The notes under the pieces were generated by a model. That model worked only from the letters and a program-made list of their open reading frames with translations, had not been told where the DNA came from and made no database searches. A program made the position numbers and the translations under genes. A stretch of DNA of 48,835 nucleotides from Gemmatimonas sp. (GTDB lineage: Bacteria; Gemmatimonadota; Gemmatimonadetes; Gemmatimonadales; Gemmatimonadaceae), in contig JANNVQ010000031.1 in NCBI GenBank assembly GCA_031414535.1, positions 1-48,835 on the forward strand, read 5' to 3'. This document shows positions 47,080 to 48,835 of the stretch, piece by piece (positions within the stretch are counted from its first letter, which is position 1; each line of letters opens with the position of its first letter).

Positions 47080-47334
47080 ATGCTCACCACTCACGATCGT
47101 GCGCTGTTGCGTGACCTCAAGCTGCAGCCCCTCTGGTTGCTCTTCGGCTACATCGCCGTCGGTGTCACGGCACTCGGCGTCGGTCTCGTCCTCGACGACT
47201 CCACCGCGCGCTGGCTCTGCGCCGGCGGAGGATTCCTCATCGCACTCGGCGCGGAGAAGCTCGTGTCCCGACGCATCCGCAACGCGGCCCGGCAGCTGAT
47301 AGATGGCGCCGGGCCTGGGCCCGCCGCCGGATAA
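47080..47334 (+). CDS. Hypothetical two-TM protein (cassette 1 ORF B)
   Basis: Two TM helices; TAA stop lies within the attC R'' box (GGATAAC). Confidence 0.7.
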   Translation: MLTTHDRALLRDLKLQPLWLLFGYIAVGVTALGVGLVLDDSTARWLCAGGGFLIALGAEKLVSRRIRNAARQLIDGAGPGPAAG

Positions 47335-47465
47335 CGATGCTTGCTGCCGTCAGCCGCGGGTAAGGATGCAGTTGTGGGGCGCCCGCGTTATTGTAATGGG
47401 ACGTCCTGCGGCCGCCCCACAACTGCTTTTTATGGAAGCGGCTGCAGCAGAAGCAAACGTTAGCC
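47329..47465 (+). other. attC site 1 (137 bp)
   Basis: R'' GGATAAC, 5-nt spacer, L''/L' with two unpaired bases, 14-bp inner stem gcagttgtggggcg/cgccccacaactgc, 6-nt spacer, R' GTTAGCC. Confidence 0.9.
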
Positions 47466-47478
47466 TGATGCCAACACG

Positions 47479-48648
47479 ATGACGTCTCTTCGCACAGTTC
47501 CTTTGATTGTGTGTTTGCTCGGACTCGCCGCGTGCGCCACCGGCGATCGCGTGCCGGGCGCCGCAACAAACACCGTGGACACCACCGGCGCGTATCCGGT
47601 CTTCCACGCTCGCACCCCCGCTGAACAGTGGCGCGCCGAGTTCGAGGTGGAGATCGGCGCGAGCGAAGATGGTGGAAGTGAGTTTGGTGGTGTACGTTCC
47701 ATCGCACTCGGCCCCGACGGAGTTGTCGCGGTGCTCGACCATCGGACGCCGCAGATCGTCGCGTTCTCGACGGATGGCGCGCGCATCGCCTCGTGGGGCC
47801 GCTCGGGCGCGGGACCGGGCGAGTATCGGTGGCCGTACTCCATCGCATACCTCGGCGACTCTCTCGTCCTCTTCGATCCCGGCCTGTCTCGCATCACGCT
47901 CTACAACCACGAGCGACGCTGGCTCCGGGAATGGCCGACGCCTCGGAACACGGGAGGCGCACCGGTGCGCCTCTACCAAAATCCTCCGACCACCGCCTGG
48001 GTCTTCGCAACGCGCGCGGTGCCGACGGGTCTCGAACGTGTCTTCGTGCGGTATCAGTCGAGCGGCACAACGGACACGATTCCCATCCCCTATTACGAGT
48101 TCCCGCCGAGCGAGTCCGCGAACTGCAACAGCCCTGACGGAAGCATCTCTTTCTACTCGGCTCCATTCTCCCCGTCGCTGCTCAGCACACCGCTTGAGAA
48201 CACGGAGCGCGTCGCGGTCATCACTACGTCGTACCGCCTCGCCTTCTTATCGCGCTCGGGGGATACGCTTCGCGTTATTGAGCGCGCTCTCACGCCGGCG
48301 GCAGTCACCGACTCTCTTTGGGCGGCGGAGACATCCGAGTGGACCGAGTTTCGCCGGAAAATCCCATCCGCACAGTGCTCCCGCGAGTCGTTTACGCGCC
48401 CAGCGAAAACGCCACTCGTGTACGCTTTGTTCTCGGACGAGAGCGGACATCTGTGGGTCGAGGCGCACGGCTCCGAAGGCGTTGTCTATGACGTATTCAC
48501 AGCGGACGGCACGTTCGTGGCCACGGTCAGCGGTCTGCCCGCGAGCAGCGAAGTCGTTCCCAGCGTGCTCAACGGGCGCATAGCTCTTGTCGTCGCGGAT
48601 GCGCTTGGTGAGCAGCGAGTGCGCGTGTATCGCATTTCGCAGCACTAA
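47479..48648 (+). CDS. Lipoprotein, probable 6-bladed beta-propeller (cassette 2)
   Basis: Lipobox LAAC; GRSGAGPGEY, DSLVLFD, DESGHLWV, YDVFTADGTFV blade motifs. Confidence 0.8.
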   Translation: MTSLRTVPLIVCLLGLAACATGDRVPGAATNTVDTTGAYPVFHARTPAEQWRAEFEVEIGASEDGGSEFGGVRSIALGPDGVVAVLDHRTPQIVAFSTDGARIASWGRSGAGPGEYRWPYSIAYLGDSLVLFDPGLSRITLYNHERRWLREWPTPRNTGGAPVRLYQNPPTTAWVFATRAVPTGLERVFVRYQSSGTTDTIPIPYYEFPPSESANCNSPDGSISFYSAPFSPSLLSTPLENTERVAVITTSYRLAFLSRSGDTLRVIERALTPAAVTDSLWAAETSEWTEFRRKIPSAQCSRESFTRPAKTPLVYALFSDESGHLWVEAHGSEGVVYDVFTADGTFVATVSGLPASSEVVPSVLNGRIALVVADALGEQRVRVYRISQH

Positions 48649-48835
48649 GCGCGCGCACAGGCTAACGACGCTTGCTGCCGACAGCCGCGGCGAAGGATGC
48701 AGTTGTGGGGCGGCCGCCAACGATCCCATCCGAAACCGCGGCCCCCCCACAACTGCATCCTTCGCCGCGGCTGTCGGCAGCAAGCGTCGTTAGCCTGTGC
48801 GCGCGCTTAGTGCTGCGAAATGCGATACACGCGCA
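48620..48835. repeat. Perfect 91-bp inverted repeat running off the window end
   Basis: 48745-48835 is the exact reverse complement of 48620-48710. Confidence 0.95.
48660..48795 (+). other. attC site 2 (left arm genuine; right arm probably a fold-back copy)
   Basis: R'' GGCTAAC is complementary to the cassette start GTTAGCC; the left arm is 48/53 identical to attC1. Confidence 0.8.

Larger units (their letters stand above)
46706..47459 (+). mobile_element. Integron gene cassette 1 (two small membrane ORFs)
   Basis: Bounded by G|TTATCC (46705) and G|TTAGCC (47459). Confidence 0.8.

Noticed and set aside
47068..47085. ACATAACAATCCATGC as a remnant attC between the cassette 1 ORFs
   Set aside because: No hairpin follows, and the cassette start pairs better with the 47329 attC. 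A relic of cassette fusion cannot be excluded.

Overview
High-GC bacterial chromosomal segment. The gene set and style (crtI-crtB-cruF, Sec-type clade II nosZ, DUF47-pit-ppk1, beta-propeller lipoproteins) suggest Gemmatimonadota, which is an inference. It probably represents a whole contig, because both ends fall in repetitive DNA. It opens in the 3' end of an IS110-family recombinase whose right end abuts, at a CT core, one arm of a host REP-like palindrome. It closes inside an integron attC site that folds back on itself perfectly for 91 bp. Between them lie housekeeping genes (ppk1/pit, dnaK, degP, tRNA-Leu, tig-clpP-clpX-engB, trpE, LPS core genes, maf, dtd, glmS, glmM), a carotenoid block, and a clade II nos cluster divergent from an NsrR-like regulator with an NsrR-like box. 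The window also has two families of intergenic palindromic repeats, an ANL-family protein lacking key catalytic motifs, and an integron whose attI and cassettes lie downstream of and co-oriented with intI. All calls are by eye from motifs; no searches were run.
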